From IMG/VR virus record IMGVR_UViG_3300020202_000093, positions 1-50,500 of that record: a stretch of 50,500 bases of DNA; one strand, given 5' to 3'. The stretch is from a virus (Duplodnaviria > Caudoviricetes). The notes under the pieces are model-generated. The model was not told the origin of the DNA and ran no database searches. It worked only from the letters and a program-made list of their open reading frames with translations. Of the stretch, positions 1 to 9,838 are shown piece after piece (position 1 is the stretch's first letter; every line of letters starts with the position of its first letter). Position numbers and translations under genes: made by a program.

Positions 1-1
1 T

Positions 2-127
2 GGGACAAAGGCCGCAGAACTCGCGCTCACATGGCCAGAAAAGTCGTATGACAGATGACACATGGAATGCAACCGCGACGAGTTTGCAGAACTGATCGGC
101 CGTTCAACGGGATGGATCAGCAAGATG
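2..127. repeat. 126-bp exact direct repeat of 50375-50500 (circular contig overlap)
   Basis: gggacaaaggccgcag...cagcaagatg occurs at both ends; base 1 (t) mismatches base 50374 (g). It includes the start of terS. Confidence 0.95.
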
Positions 128-628
128 TTGGACTTCGGCATGCCGGCTATTCGCTCGCGCCGGAAGGGGTCGCCCGTGAGGATCAACACAGCCGAGGCGA
201 TTCCCTGGCTGCTCGAGCAAGCCAAGGCAGAGGCCAAGCCTGCGGCCGAGAGTCAAAGAGAGCGCTTGGCGCGCGAGCAAGCGGACAAGGTAGCGCTGGA
301 GAACGCGGCGAGCCGCGGCGAGCTAGTGCGGTCGGCGGACGTCGAGGCGCTGGTGCTGGAGACGATCGCGCAGTTGGGGAGTGTGCTGGACGGCGTGCCG
401 GGGCGGTTGGCGAATGAACTTGCAGGGCTTGCTGATCCAGCGGAGATCCGGGCGCGGCTCATGCAAGAACTCCGCGGCGCCAGGTCAGCATTCGCTGACC
501 GGCTTGCACAGCTGGCGGACGCTGGCGAACAGCTGGCGGAAAGTGGCGACGATCGCGAGGCCGCCGCGGCATCGGACGCCGGCGGAATGGGCGGACGAGA
601 GTCGGGTGCTTCCGCCAGGGAGTGCTGA
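62..628 (+). CDS. Terminase small subunit (Nu1/DUF1441-like)
   Basis: N-terminal wHTH-like segment (EFAELIGRSTGWIS...GMP), coiled coil and RGELV motif; directly upstream of a GpA-type terL. Confidence 0.85.
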   Translation: MECNRDEFAELIGRSTGWISKMLDFGMPAIRSRRKGSPVRINTAEAIPWLLEQAKAEAKPAAESQRERLAREQADKVALENAASRGELVRSADVEALVLETIAQLGSVLDGVPGRLANELAGLADPAEIRARLMQELRGARSAFADRLAQLADAGEQLAESGDDREAAAASDAGGMGGRESGASAREC

Positions 629-2468
629 GCCCGGCGCGTACCGCAGCCGGCGCACGCCGTACTGCATCCCGATCGGGAATGCCTGTACCGACTACCGCTA
701 CCGGAAGGTGGGCGTCGTGATGGGTACGCAGATGGGGAAGACGGCCGGCCTATTCAACGTGATCGGCCACAAGCTCGACGACGACCCGGCACCGATCCTG
801 TACTTCGGGCCGACAAAGTCAAACATCGACAAGGTGATCGAGCCGCAGGTTATGGGAATGTTGCGTGAGTCCCGGTCGCTATGGGCGAAGCTGGACAAGC
901 GCGGCAAGCCGAACAAGCACTTGAAGCGAGTGTCCGGTGTGTCGCTGAGATTGGCCTGGGCTGGATCACCGACCGAACTCGCGTCGCAGCCGGCGCATAC
1001 AGCGCTGGCTGACGAGGTGGACAAGATGAAGCCGATCCCAGGCGAGGGCGACGCCTTGGCGTTGGCTGAGGCGCGCATCGCTACCTATCCGGATGGACGG
1101 TTGGTTGGGACATCATCTCCGACAGCTGGAAACGTCGATGTCGCCAAGCACGCTGATACCGACGTGGAGCATTGGCAGGTAGCTGATGCTGATGATGTGG
1201 CGAGCCCAATCTGGCGGTTCTGGCAGGAGGGGACGCGCTACGAATGGGCAGTCCCGTGCCCGGAGTGTGCCCGCTTCTTCGTGCCTCGTTTCCGCTTGCT
1301 CTGGTGGCCGGAGGGGGCAACGCCGCGGCGTGCAGAGCGCGATGCGCGCCTGACGTGCGCACGCTGCGGAGCGCAGATTGGAAATGAGCACAAGGAATGG
1401 ATGAACTCGCGCGGCACCTACCTTGCGCCTGGGCAGCATGTCGTTGGCTTCGATCGAGCGGGCAAGGGTCCGCCGCGCCATGCATGGCTTGGCGTCGATG
1501 GGGGGAATGGCGACGTGATTGGCGATCCGCCGGACTCGGACACGGTGACGTTTTGGGTAAGCGGCCTGATGTCGCCCTGGGTCACGTTCGGTCAGCGCGC
1601 CGCAGCCTGGTTGAAGGCTGTGCTGAGCGGAGACCAAGAGCGGATCCGCGTCGTCATCAACACTGCGTTCGGCGAGCTGTACCGAACGCGCGGCCAGGCG
1701 CCGGAATGGACTGTCGTCCGTGAGTCCTGCTCAGCACCGTATCAACTTGGCGACGTTCCGTCCGGCGTCATGGTCGTTTTTCTCTCCGTCGACGTGCAGA
1801 AGGACCGTCTCGTCTGCGTCGTTCGTGGATGGGGCGTCGGAATGGAGTCATGGCTGCTGCATCGCGAGGAACTATGGGGAGAGACGGACAAGCCAGAGGT
1901 CTGGAATCGGTTGTGGGTGCTGAGCGAACGACGGTTCGGCGACATGGCAGTTTCGGCCTTTGCCGTGGACTCTGGATACCGCACTGAGCAGGCGCTCGAG
2001 TGGTGCCGACGGCGTGGTGCGCGGGCCTATGCGACCTACGGTCGAGAGAAGCCGTCCCGGCTCTACTTCGAGTCCAACATCGAGGTCAATCGAAACGGCA
2101 AGAAGATTCGAACCGGTATGAAACGTTGGATCGTGGACACGGCCTATTTCAAAGGCTGGGTACATGATCGATTCGGCTGGCCGGATGACCAGCCTGGTGC
2201 GTGGCACATTCCAGGCGCGCTACCGAGCGGAGAGTGGCCCGGCGGCACCGAGGAATATTGCAAGCAGCTGGTTGGCGAACAACGTATGCATCTGCCGTCA
2301 GGGCGCGTGCAATGGGTTCGTACTGGTGAGAATCACTACCTCGACTGCGAGGCGCTGCAAGCATTCCTGGCGCATGTCGAAGGTGTTCGAAACCTCAAAC
2401 CGACCGACGCGGCGAAGCCTGCGACTCCGGGGCGCCGTGTCATCTCGTCTGGCGTGAGCATCTACTGA
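381..2468 (+). CDS. Terminase large subunit, lambda GpA family (true start probably GTG near 543)
   Basis: TPAEWADE, Walker A GTQMGKT, Walker B ADEVD, TSSPT, CPEC/CARC zinc motif, VDVQKDR nuclease motif, NHYLDC. Confidence 0.95.
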   Translation: MCWTACRGGWRMNLQGLLIQRRSGRGSCKNSAAPGQHSLTGLHSWRTLANSWRKVATIARPPRHRTPAEWADESRVLPPGSAEPGAYRSRRTPYCIPIGNACTDYRYRKVGVVMGTQMGKTAGLFNVIGHKLDDDPAPILYFGPTKSNIDKVIEPQVMGMLRESRSLWAKLDKRGKPNKHLKRVSGVSLRLAWAGSPTELASQPAHTALADEVDKMKPIPGEGDALALAEARIATYPDGRLVGTSSPTAGNVDVAKHADTDVEHWQVADADDVASPIWRFWQEGTRYEWAVPCPECARFFVPRFRLLWWPEGATPRRAERDARLTCARCGAQIGNEHKEWMNSRGTYLAPGQHVVGFDRAGKGPPRHAWLGVDGGNGDVIGDPPDSDTVTFWVSGLMSPWVTFGQRAAAWLKAVLSGDQERIRVVINTAFGELYRTRGQAPEWTVVRESCSAPYQLGDVPSGVMVVFLSVDVQKDRLVCVVRGWGVGMESWLLHREELWGETDKPEVWNRLWVLSERRFGDMAVSAFAVDSGYRTEQALEWCRRRGARAYATYGREKPSRLYFESNIEVNRNGKKIRTGMKRWIVDTAYFKGWVHDRFGWPDDQPGAWHIPGALPSGEWPGGTEEYCKQLVGEQRMHLPSGRVQWVRTGENHYLDCEALQAFLAHVEGVRNLKPTDAAKPATPGRRVISSGVSIY

Positions 2469-2476
2469 GGGGAGCA

Positions 2477-2836
2477 ATGGACGACATCGAACTCAAGCGG
2501 CGCCTGCGCGGGTGGGCGAAGTGTTACGCGGGGGCGCAGTTCTTGCGGCTTGGCTATGCGGACGGCTCTGCGTTGTTGTCGAGTCGCGATCCTGTTGATC
2601 CTGACGCTGAGGCGGTGGAGGTCGATGGCGTCGTGCGCGGGATGGAGTTGTGCGGGCGCTGGCGTGAGGCTCGGGTGTTGCGTGCCGAGTACTTCATGGC
2701 TGGCCTTCCGGAGTGCGAGAAGCTGCAACGTCTCAAGCGCATCGGTTTGAGCATGCACAGGGTCACCTACTACGACTATCTTCGGCAGGCAAAAGCGTTT
2801 GTTATGGGCGCACTCGCGCTGCGGGTGGCGGCATGA
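2477..2836 (+). CDS. Putative antiterminator Q-like / sigma-region-4-like transcription regulator
   Basis: LxRRLRGWA N-terminus, VLRAEY, and C-terminal HTH-like GLSMHRVTYYDYLRQAKAFV; SD GAGGGGAG upstream. Confidence 0.6.
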   Translation: MDDIELKRRLRGWAKCYAGAQFLRLGYADGSALLSSRDPVDPDAEAVEVDGVVRGMELCGRWREARVLRAEYFMAGLPECEKLQRLKRIGLSMHRVTYYDYLRQAKAFVMGALALRVAA

Positions 2837-2900
2837 CTTGTTGCGTACGTACATGGCGTAACCAAACTCCGCAGGCGGACTCCAATGGACCGCCTGCGAC

Positions 2901-3125
2901 GTGGCACTCGGCACACTCCAGCAACGGCTAGACCAAGCTCTTGAAGCGCGGCACAAGCTGCTGACTGGATCGGCGACGGTTGCCGTCGGCTTCGGTGAGC
3001 GCCGTCTGCAATACGCGCAGGCGCAGCTCCCGGCGCTGGATCAGTACATCGCGGAGCTTCGCCGGCAGATCGCCGGATCGAGTGGCCCGGCGCGCGGGCG
3101 CATCACCTACGCGGTGCCTGACTGA
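2901..3125 (+). CDS. gpW-like head-tail joining protein
   Basis: 74 aa before the portal; LEARHKLLTG...V.V...ERRLQY...LDQYIAELRRQI matches the gpW pattern. Confidence 0.8.
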   Translation: MALGTLQQRLDQALEARHKLLTGSATVAVGFGERRLQYAQAQLPALDQYIAELRRQIAGSSGPARGRITYAVPD

Positions 3126-4837
3126 TGGGCTGGCTCGCTGGCCTAGCATCATTGGTCGGGATCAGTCCAGCGCAGGCGGCCACTGAAACCCAAGGCACGC
3201 GCTGGCGCGGTGCCTCGCAGTCGCTGCGCAGCATGGCGAGCTGGATCACCAGCATCGGCAGTCCGACGAGCGATCTGCCGGAGAACGAGCGCCGCACGCT
3301 GCGGGCGCGTTCGCGCGACGCGATGCGCGGCCATCTGCTGGCCCGCGCTGCGCTAACCCGCTGCCGCACGAATATTGTCGGCACTGGCCTGATGTGTCGG
3401 CCATCGGTTGACGCCGAGGCGCTCGGCCTGACGCCGGAAGAAGCCGAGGCGATCAATGCGCAGCTCCGCTCTCGCTGGGAGATGTGGGCAGAGGATCCTC
3501 TGCAGTGCGATTGGGAAGCTACGCTCGATATCTACGGGCTGCAGTCGCTTGCGCTGCTGTCGGCAATGTGCAGCGGCGATGCGTTTGCGGTGACGCCGGA
3601 AGAGTCCCGCGTCGGGGGTACGTCGGCGCTCAAGGTGCAGCTCATCGAAGCGGACCGGGTTTGCAATCCGTCCGAATCGATCGACACCGAAACGCGCATC
3701 GATGGCATCGAACTCGGCGCTGGCGGTGTGCCGCTCGGGTGCTGGATTCGGAACACGCATCCAGGCGATGCACTGCCCCGCGTCACGTTGCCGCGCTGGA
3801 CGTATTACCCGATGGTCGGTGCAGAGACTGGCCGCCGCCGCGTCCTGCACATATGGAACGACAAGGAACGGCCCGGTCAGGTTCGTGGCGCGCCGTACCT
3901 TGCACCGATCCTCGAACCGCTGAAGCAACTGGAGCGCTACGGCAGTGCCGAACTCATGGCCGCTGTCGTCAGCGCCATGCTTACCATCTTCATTGAGACA
4001 GACGGCCAGTCGGACGCAGACGGCAACATGACTCACTCGCTTGAGGGCGAGGCGCCGAGTGTTGGTGCAGCGCCTCAGCTTTCGCTTGGCAATGGCGCAA
4101 TCGTTGGTTTGGCGCCAGGCGAGAAGGCGAACCCGGTCAACCCGACCCGCCCTAACGCTAACTTCGATCCGTTTTTCATGGCGGTGGTGAAGCAAATCGG
4201 CGCGGCGCTGGAACTTCCGCTGGATGAGTTGCTGCTGCACTACAACGCCAGCTACAGCGCCGCTCGCGCCGCAATGCTGCAGGCATGGCGGTTCTACACG
4301 CTGCGCCGATGGCAGCTCACGCAGCAGTTCTGCGCGCCGATCTATGGCTTGTTCCTCGATGAGCAAGTCGCGTCCGGCGCAATCGTTCTGCCCGGTTATG
4401 GCGATCCGATTAAGCGCCGGGCCTACTCGCGCGCGCTGTGGATTGGGCCGGCACGCGGGGCGATGGACGAAGAGAAGGAAGCCGCTGCCGCGAAGATGCG
4501 GATTGAGATCGGCGTCAGCAATGAGGCTATCGAAACCGCTTCAATGACGGGTGAGGATTGGGGCGCCGTCCGCTCGCAGCGGGTGCGCGAACTAGAAGCT
4601 AGACGGCGCAGTGAAACGCTTGACCCTGAAAAGTATGGCGTGGGCGTTCGCGCTGGTCTGATCACGCCGAACCTCGCGGATGAAGAGGCATTTCGCAAGA
4701 CGGCCGGGTTGCCCGCGGCAAGTGATGATGTTCGCGGTGCTTGGGAGGCAGACGGCGGTGCGCGTCGCCCGATTACTTTGCAAAGCGAGACCAAACCAGA
4801 GGTTCAGCCGGGGACGACGAAGGAGAACCCGGCATGA
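3125..4837 (+). CDS. Portal protein, lambda family
   Basis: LRARSRDAMR, NIVGTGL, QLIEADRV, RPGQVRGAPYLAP and ASYSAARAA motifs. Confidence 0.95.
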   Translation: MGWLAGLASLVGISPAQAATETQGTRWRGASQSLRSMASWITSIGSPTSDLPENERRTLRARSRDAMRGHLLARAALTRCRTNIVGTGLMCRPSVDAEALGLTPEEAEAINAQLRSRWEMWAEDPLQCDWEATLDIYGLQSLALLSAMCSGDAFAVTPEESRVGGTSALKVQLIEADRVCNPSESIDTETRIDGIELGAGGVPLGCWIRNTHPGDALPRVTLPRWTYYPMVGAETGRRRVLHIWNDKERPGQVRGAPYLAPILEPLKQLERYGSAELMAAVVSAMLTIFIETDGQSDADGNMTHSLEGEAPSVGAAPQLSLGNGAIVGLAPGEKANPVNPTRPNANFDPFFMAVVKQIGAALELPLDELLLHYNASYSAARAAMLQAWRFYTLRRWQLTQQFCAPIYGLFLDEQVASGAIVLPGYGDPIKRRAYSRALWIGPARGAMDEEKEAAAAKMRIEIGVSNEAIETASMTGEDWGAVRSQRVRELEARRRSETLDPEKYGVGVRAGLITPNLADEEAFRKTAGLPAASDDVRGAWEADGGARRPITLQSETKPEVQPGTTKENPA

Positions 4838-5664
4838 TCGACGCATTCAACCTCGCAGCGTCGCGCCCCTGGTTCATTCAGTCCGAATGGCTGGAAACGA
4901 TCCTCTCCATTGCGGATGGATTCGGTGATCCGCAAGCGCTTCAGACCAAACTAGGCCGTCCGCTAGACAACACTCGAACCGTCCGCATGGTCGACGGCGT
5001 TGCGGTCATCCCCATCACCGGCCCGATCTTTCGCTACGCGAATTTGTTCACCGAGATTAGCGGCGCGACCAGCACGCAAGTTTTGGCAACGGACATCCGA
5101 TCTGCAATCGATAACCCGTACGTGACCGGAATTGCTCTGGACATAAACAGCCCTGGCGGAGAAGCGACTGGGATCAACGAGCTTGCAAACCTGATCTACA
5201 TGGCGCGCGACAAGAAGCCGATTGTCGCTTATGCCGGCGGATCGATGTCCAGCGCTGCTTATTGGATCGGCTCAGCAGCAAGCGAAGTCGTCGCCGACGC
5301 GACCGCGATCATTGGATCGATCGGCGTTGTCATGTCCTACCTCGACACGTCCAAGCGTGACGAAAAGTCCGACGTTCGCCGCATCGAGATTGTCAGCAGC
5401 AGCAGCCCTGACAAGCGGCTCGATCCGAATACGGATGCAGGCCGCGCAAAGGTGCAGGCCATGGTCGACGCGCTGGCAGATGTCTTCATCGGCGCCGTCG
5501 CCAAGCATCGCAGAACAACCCCTGAAAAAGTCGCCAGTGACTTCGGTCGTGGCGGCGTGATGGTCGGAGCCCAGGCGAAAGCCGCCGGGATGATCGACCG
5601 GATTGGTTCGCTGGAAACAGTGATCGCCGAACTCGCCGGCCGCCTGCGAGCAACCCGCTCATGA
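4834..5664 (+). CDS. Prohead protease, S49/SppA family (gpC-like)
   Basis: LDINSPGGE, SAAYWIGS and IGSIGV motifs; ATG overlaps the portal stop. Confidence 0.92.
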   Translation: MIDAFNLAASRPWFIQSEWLETILSIADGFGDPQALQTKLGRPLDNTRTVRMVDGVAVIPITGPIFRYANLFTEISGATSTQVLATDIRSAIDNPYVTGIALDINSPGGEATGINELANLIYMARDKKPIVAYAGGSMSSAAYWIGSAASEVVADATAIIGSIGVVMSYLDTSKRDEKSDVRRIEIVSSSSPDKRLDPNTDAGRAKVQAMVDALADVFIGAVAKHRRTTPEKVASDFGRGGVMVGAQAKAAGMIDRIGSLETVIAELAGRLRATRS

Positions 5665-6149
5665 AGGAGAAATCGATGAGCACCGATAGCAAGAAGACGG
5701 TCAAGGTGGCGAACACCGACGACCTTCGACTCGCGCTGGCGGCCGGATACGAGGCTGACCAGATCGAAGTCGATACCAGCGCGGCAGTCGCTGCCGCACG
5801 TGCAGAAGGCGTTGCTGAGGGCAAGAAGTCCGGCGCTTCCGATGGTAAGGATGAGGCCGTGAAGGCCGAGCGCTCCCGCATCTTGAAGATTCAGGCGCTG
5901 GCCCGTCCGGGCTTCGATGCGATTGTGAAGAAGGCGATTGATGCGGGCGACAGCCCGGAAGCATTCGCCATGGCGATGCTGACCGAGGCCAATGATCGCG
6001 GAATCAGTCTTGATTCGATCCGCAAAGACGCCCCGCCGCCGGCCTCGCACGCCAAGCCTTCTAACGACGCCGCCAGCGCCACCGAACAGAAATACGGCGC
6101 GGCCAAGTCGTGGGAAGAAATCGTCGCCGCCGCACCGAAGCGCATGTAA
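5661..6149 (+). CDS. Scaffolding protein (Nu3-like); likely start 5676
   Basis: Ala-rich; AERSRILKIQAL and IDAGDSPEAFA; lies between the protease and decoration genes; AAGGAG SD before ATG 5676. Confidence 0.7.
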   Translation: MKEKSMSTDSKKTVKVANTDDLRLALAAGYEADQIEVDTSAAVAAARAEGVAEGKKSGASDGKDEAVKAERSRILKIQALARPGFDAIVKKAIDAGDSPEAFAMAMLTEANDRGISLDSIRKDAPPPASHAKPSNDAASATEQKYGAAKSWEEIVAAAPKRM

Positions 6150-6161
6150 GGAGCCTGAGCC

Positions 6162-7091
6162 ATGACCACCCTCACCATGGGTTCGCGTGCTGGCGAGCAT
6201 ATCGTCGACGAAGGCAACCCGCAGCACACTCGCGAAAACGTTACCGTCCTGACCGGTCAGAATCTGGCTGCCGGCGCGGTGCTCGGCCGAATCACGAAGG
6301 CACTCGCATCGTCTGAAACGCCGACGATCGTTGGCACCGGCACGGGTCTGATGTCGGCGCTGACCTTCGGCCCGGCAGTGCAGACCGGCGCATATGTCGT
6401 TGAACTGTTGGCGACGAGCGCAACCGCCGCGTTTTCTGTCACCTGCCCAGATGGTACGGTGCTTCAGAACGGCGCAGTTGGCACCGCATACAAGTCGGAT
6501 CACGTCTCGTTCCTGATCAGCAACGGCGGCACGATGACCGATGGTGATACCTACACCATCACCGTTACCGCAGGCGGCACGCCGGCCGTACAGGGCGGCA
6601 CTGGGACTGGCGCCATGTCGGCGATCAGTCTCGGGCCGGATGCGCAGAACGGCCTGTACCGTGTGATCAATCGCGCGGCCGTCGCCAACGGCGGCGACTT
6701 TGAAGTGATCGGTCCGGATGGATCGAGTGTTGGGCGGTTCCTGATGGGTACAGGATCGACGCAATCCGCGTCGTTCACCAGCCGTCAGATCAATTTCACG
6801 CTGACCGACGCGACCGATTTCATCGCCGGAAACTATTTCGACGTGATCGTTGCCGCCGGCAGCGGCAAGGTCGTCGAGTTCACGCCGACCACGTTCGATG
6901 GTCGGCATGAGCCGTACGGTGTGCTGCATGACGCGGTCAATGCGACGGCTGCTGACAAGGCCGGCGTCGCCCTGGTCCGCGGCCCTGCTGTCGTCGAATC
7001 CGCTGCGCTCGGTTGGGCGGCTGCGGTCACTTCCGCCCAGAAAGCCATCGCGCTGCAGAAGCTTGCGGCCGCCGGCATCGTCGCCCGTTAA
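6162..7091 (+). CDS. Head decoration protein (gpD/HDPD-like) with a tandemly duplicated insertion domain
   Basis: TRENVTV..GQNLAAGAVLGRIT N-terminus and GVLHDAVNATAADK.GVALVRG C-terminus; two ~90-aa Gly/Thr-rich repeats between them. Confidence 0.85.
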   Translation: MTTLTMGSRAGEHIVDEGNPQHTRENVTVLTGQNLAAGAVLGRITKALASSETPTIVGTGTGLMSALTFGPAVQTGAYVVELLATSATAAFSVTCPDGTVLQNGAVGTAYKSDHVSFLISNGGTMTDGDTYTITVTAGGTPAVQGGTGTGAMSAISLGPDAQNGLYRVINRAAVANGGDFEVIGPDGSSVGRFLMGTGSTQSASFTSRQINFTLTDATDFIAGNYFDVIVAAGSGKVVEFTPTTFDGRHEPYGVLHDAVNATAADKAGVALVRGPAVVESAALGWAAAVTSAQKAIALQKLAAAGIVAR

Positions 7092-7105
7092 GGAGGGGAC
7101 GCGTC

Positions 7106-8143
7106 ATGGCACACATCGATATCTTCAACTCTGATGCGTTCAGCGCGGTCAGTCTTACCGCCGCTGTCAACAAGTTCCCGCGGATCCCGACGCTGCTGGG
7201 TGACATGGGCCTATTCACCGTCAAGTCCAGCCCGACTTCGACGGTGAGTTTCGAGCAGGAGTCGAGCACGCTCGGCCTGGTTCAGACGAGTGAGCGTGGA
7301 TCGCCTCTTGGTGTTGGTGGCGGGAGAGCTCGGACGATCCGGCACTTTGAAGCCCCGCGTATCGCAAAGTCGAATCGGCTCAATGCGGCAGAGCTGGCAA
7401 ACCTGCGCGCGTTCGGTTCTGAATCGGAACTGGCTGTCGTTCAGGGCGAGGTTTCCAAGCGAATGGCGTCCCTGGTCGCAGATGTGAATCTGACCTGGGA
7501 GAACATGCGGCTTGGCGCGGTGCAAGGCATTGTCAAGGACGCCGACGGTTCGACGCTCTACAACCTCTACACCAAGTTCGATGTTATTCAGCCGAGCGAG
7601 GTCGATTTTGATCTCGATAACGCGAGCCCTGCATCTGGAGCTTTGCGTAAGGCATGTGCTGGCATCGTTCGCGCGACCAAGAACGCTGCTCAGAACGGCT
7701 GGATCAACGGGCGGACCTATGTTGTCGGCCTGTGCGATGACACGTTCTGGGATCAGCTCATCGCCCATACCGAAGTCCGCGCGACCTACCTCAATCAGGT
7801 GGCCGCTGCCGAACTCCGCGGTGATGCGCACTCTGGCCGACTGAACTTCGGCGGCATCGAGTTCATTCACTACGAAGGCACGGACGGCAGCGCCGAGACT
7901 GCGAACGTCAAGGTGCCGACCGGAACCTGCAAGTTCTTTCCGGTCGATACCGCGCCGGATTTCTGGCAGGCCGTTCTCACGCCGGGCGAGTTCTTCCCGA
8001 CGATCAATCGGCCGGGCGAGGCGCTGTATGCGCTGACGATCCCGGATCGCGATCGTGAGGCGTTCGTGCAGATCGAGGTCTACAGCTATCCGCTGTTCGT
8101 CTGCACTCGTCCGCTTGCGCTGCAACGCGCTCGCAACACCTGA
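7106..8143 (+). CDS. Major capsid protein, lambda gpE family
   Basis: DIFNSDAFSAVSLTAAVN, ENMRLGAVQG and SYPLFVCTRP motifs; strong SD AAGGAGG. Confidence 0.93.
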   Translation: MAHIDIFNSDAFSAVSLTAAVNKFPRIPTLLGDMGLFTVKSSPTSTVSFEQESSTLGLVQTSERGSPLGVGGGRARTIRHFEAPRIAKSNRLNAAELANLRAFGSESELAVVQGEVSKRMASLVADVNLTWENMRLGAVQGIVKDADGSTLYNLYTKFDVIQPSEVDFDLDNASPASGALRKACAGIVRATKNAAQNGWINGRTYVVGLCDDTFWDQLIAHTEVRATYLNQVAAAELRGDAHSGRLNFGGIEFIHYEGTDGSAETANVKVPTGTCKFFPVDTAPDFWQAVLTPGEFFPTINRPGEALYALTIPDRDREAFVQIEVYSYPLFVCTRPLALQRARNT

Positions 8144-8157
8144 GCACGGCAGTAGCT

Positions 8158-8191
8158 TCCCGCGCCGGGTTCTGTCCGGCGCGGGACTTCT
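8158..8191 (+). terminator. Probable intrinsic terminator or stabilising hairpin after the capsid gene
   Basis: 11-bp stem TCCCGCGCCGG/CCGGCGCGGGA; weak U tract. Confidence 0.55.
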
Positions 8192-8209
8192 GACAGGCGA
8201 GCGCAGGTC

Positions 8210-8467
8210 ATGGAACAGATGATTGATCCGGTCGAGTTCGGAAAGCTGATCGAGGCCATGCGCGCGACTCGCGAGGAGAGCGAGTCGTTGCGGCATGAGA
8301 TGAGCAAGAACCGCGAGGAGCTTGCCCAGGTGACGAAGCGCCTTGAGCGGGTGGAGGCGAAGTTCGTGCTCGGCAAGGGGGCTCTGATTGGTTTGGTCTG
8401 CGGACTTGGGTTCGCGGTGGAAGGGTTCCGATCTTTTCTGGTGAAAGTCGTGGGGGGCATGTCGTGA
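8210..8467 (+). CDS. Small coiled-coil protein with a C-terminal TM helix (holin/lysis accessory candidate)
   Basis: IDPVEFGKLI N-terminus, coiled coil and hydrophobic C-terminus; precedes the endolysin-like gene. Confidence 0.55.
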   Translation: MEQMIDPVEFGKLIEAMRATREESESLRHEMSKNREELAQVTKRLERVEAKFVLGKGALIGLVCGLGFAVEGFRSFLVKVVGGMS

Positions 8468-9156
8468 AGCCGCGCGGCATCCGCAACAACAACCCTGGCA
8501 ACCTCGATCGCACTCGGCCGCGCACGCCTTGGGAGGGGCGCGTGCCGGATACACAGTTAACCGATTCGCGCTTCGAGCAGTTCGTCGCGCCTGAGTACGG
8601 CATCCGTGCACTGGTGCGCACGCTCTTGACGTACCAGCGCAAGCACGGCGCGAACACCGTGCACGAAATCATCAGCCGATGGGCGCCGAGCACGGAGAAC
8701 CAGACAGGCGCGTACATCGCATCGGTGTGTAACGCGCTGGGCGGCATCTCGCCGCAGCGACCGCTGGACCTGCAGCAGTACGAGGTGATGCGCCGGCTGG
8801 TGCTGGCAATCATCCGGCACGAAAACGGCGACCAGCCTTACAGCGCACACACGATCGACGAAGGCCTTCGCATGGCGGGCATCGTGCCGCGCCCGGAGAA
8901 GCCGGGCGAGCGGGCTGATGCGAAGCCACTGGCGGCGACCAAGACCGTGGTAGGGACCGCGATCGGCGCGACCGCCGGCACGGTGCAGCCTGCCGTCGAA
9001 GCGTTGCGCGAGCCGTTGGCCGAAGTCGGCTTCGTGCTGGAACCGATCAGCGAATGGTCGCCCTGGATCCGCATCGCTCTGGTCCTGCTGACCGTGGCCG
9101 GTGCGGCGCTCGCAATTTACGGCCGCTGGCATGCCCGCCAGCGCGGAGGTGTTTGA
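8464..9156 (+). CDS. Putative endolysin (PRGIRNNNPGN / 'structural protein P5'-like lysozyme fold) with a C-terminal membrane anchor
   Basis: RGIRNNNPGNL, F..PEYGIRA, IISRWAPSTEN.T.AY and IIRHENG; TM segment at the C-terminus. Confidence 0.75.
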   Translation: MKPRGIRNNNPGNLDRTRPRTPWEGRVPDTQLTDSRFEQFVAPEYGIRALVRTLLTYQRKHGANTVHEIISRWAPSTENQTGAYIASVCNALGGISPQRPLDLQQYEVMRRLVLAIIRHENGDQPYSAHTIDEGLRMAGIVPRPEKPGERADAKPLAATKTVVGTAIGATAGTVQPAVEALREPLAEVGFVLEPISEWSPWIRIALVLLTVAGAALAIYGRWHARQRGGV

Positions 9157-9158
9157 CC

Positions 9159-9836
9159 ATGCGTTCCATCATCGTCCTCGTTCTTCTTCTTCTGCTGCTG
9201 GTCGTCGGCTGCGCCAGCCGCGGCGGCGTCGATCCGAATTACGCGGCCTACCTGCAGGCGAGCCAGCAGGCCGACCAGCGCGAGCAGTTGGCGCGTGCGG
9301 CGATCGGCGACGCAGCGGCGAGCTGCGGCAATGACGCTACGTGCGTTGTCGCGGTCGCCGGCTTCGCCGCCTTGGCAGCGCAGGCGAGCGGACAGAGCGC
9401 AGCGCTGCAGCCCTACCGCAAGCAGTATCACCCGGCCTGGGGCATCCTCGGCGCGGTGGCTCCGGCGCTGGTGAACGGTGCCGTCAGCGTTCGGCAGTCG
9501 GACAACGCCCGCGACATCGCGCTCGGACAATACGATTTCCTCGGCGGCGTGATCAGTTCGGTGACGAGTTCGCCTGCACTGCTGCCGCGTGATCCATCGA
9601 TCACGGTGGGCGGCGATCAGCACGTCGGCGATGCGATCGGCGGCAGCATTGTCGGACGGGACCAGATTGGCCGCGACGTGATCGGCGGCGACCGCGTGGA
9701 CAACAGCGGTGTGATCGGCAACGACAATCGCTTTGAGTCGCCGGGACCGATCGACCATTCCGGTGACAACTGCACAGGCGAACTCTGCCAAGGCAGCGGT
9801 GATACCAATCCTCCGCCGGTGGAGCCGGAGGGCTGA
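9159..9836 (+). CDS. Lipoprotein of unknown function in the lysis cluster
   Basis: Signal peptide with lipobox VVGC; (V/I)G(G/R)D repeats in the C-terminal part. Confidence 0.7.
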   Translation: MRSIIVLVLLLLLLVVGCASRGGVDPNYAAYLQASQQADQREQLARAAIGDAAASCGNDATCVVAVAGFAALAAQASGQSAALQPYRKQYHPAWGILGAVAPALVNGAVSVRQSDNARDIALGQYDFLGGVISSVTSSPALLPRDPSITVGGDQHVGDAIGGSIVGRDQIGRDVIGGDRVDNSGVIGNDNRFESPGPIDHSGDNCTGELCQGSGDTNPPPVEPEG

Positions 9837-9838
9837 TC

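Noticed and set aside
2-127. Biological direct terminal repeat
   Set aside because: The ~127-nt overlap matches a common assembler k-mer size, and the GpA terminase plus cosQ indicate cohesive ends.
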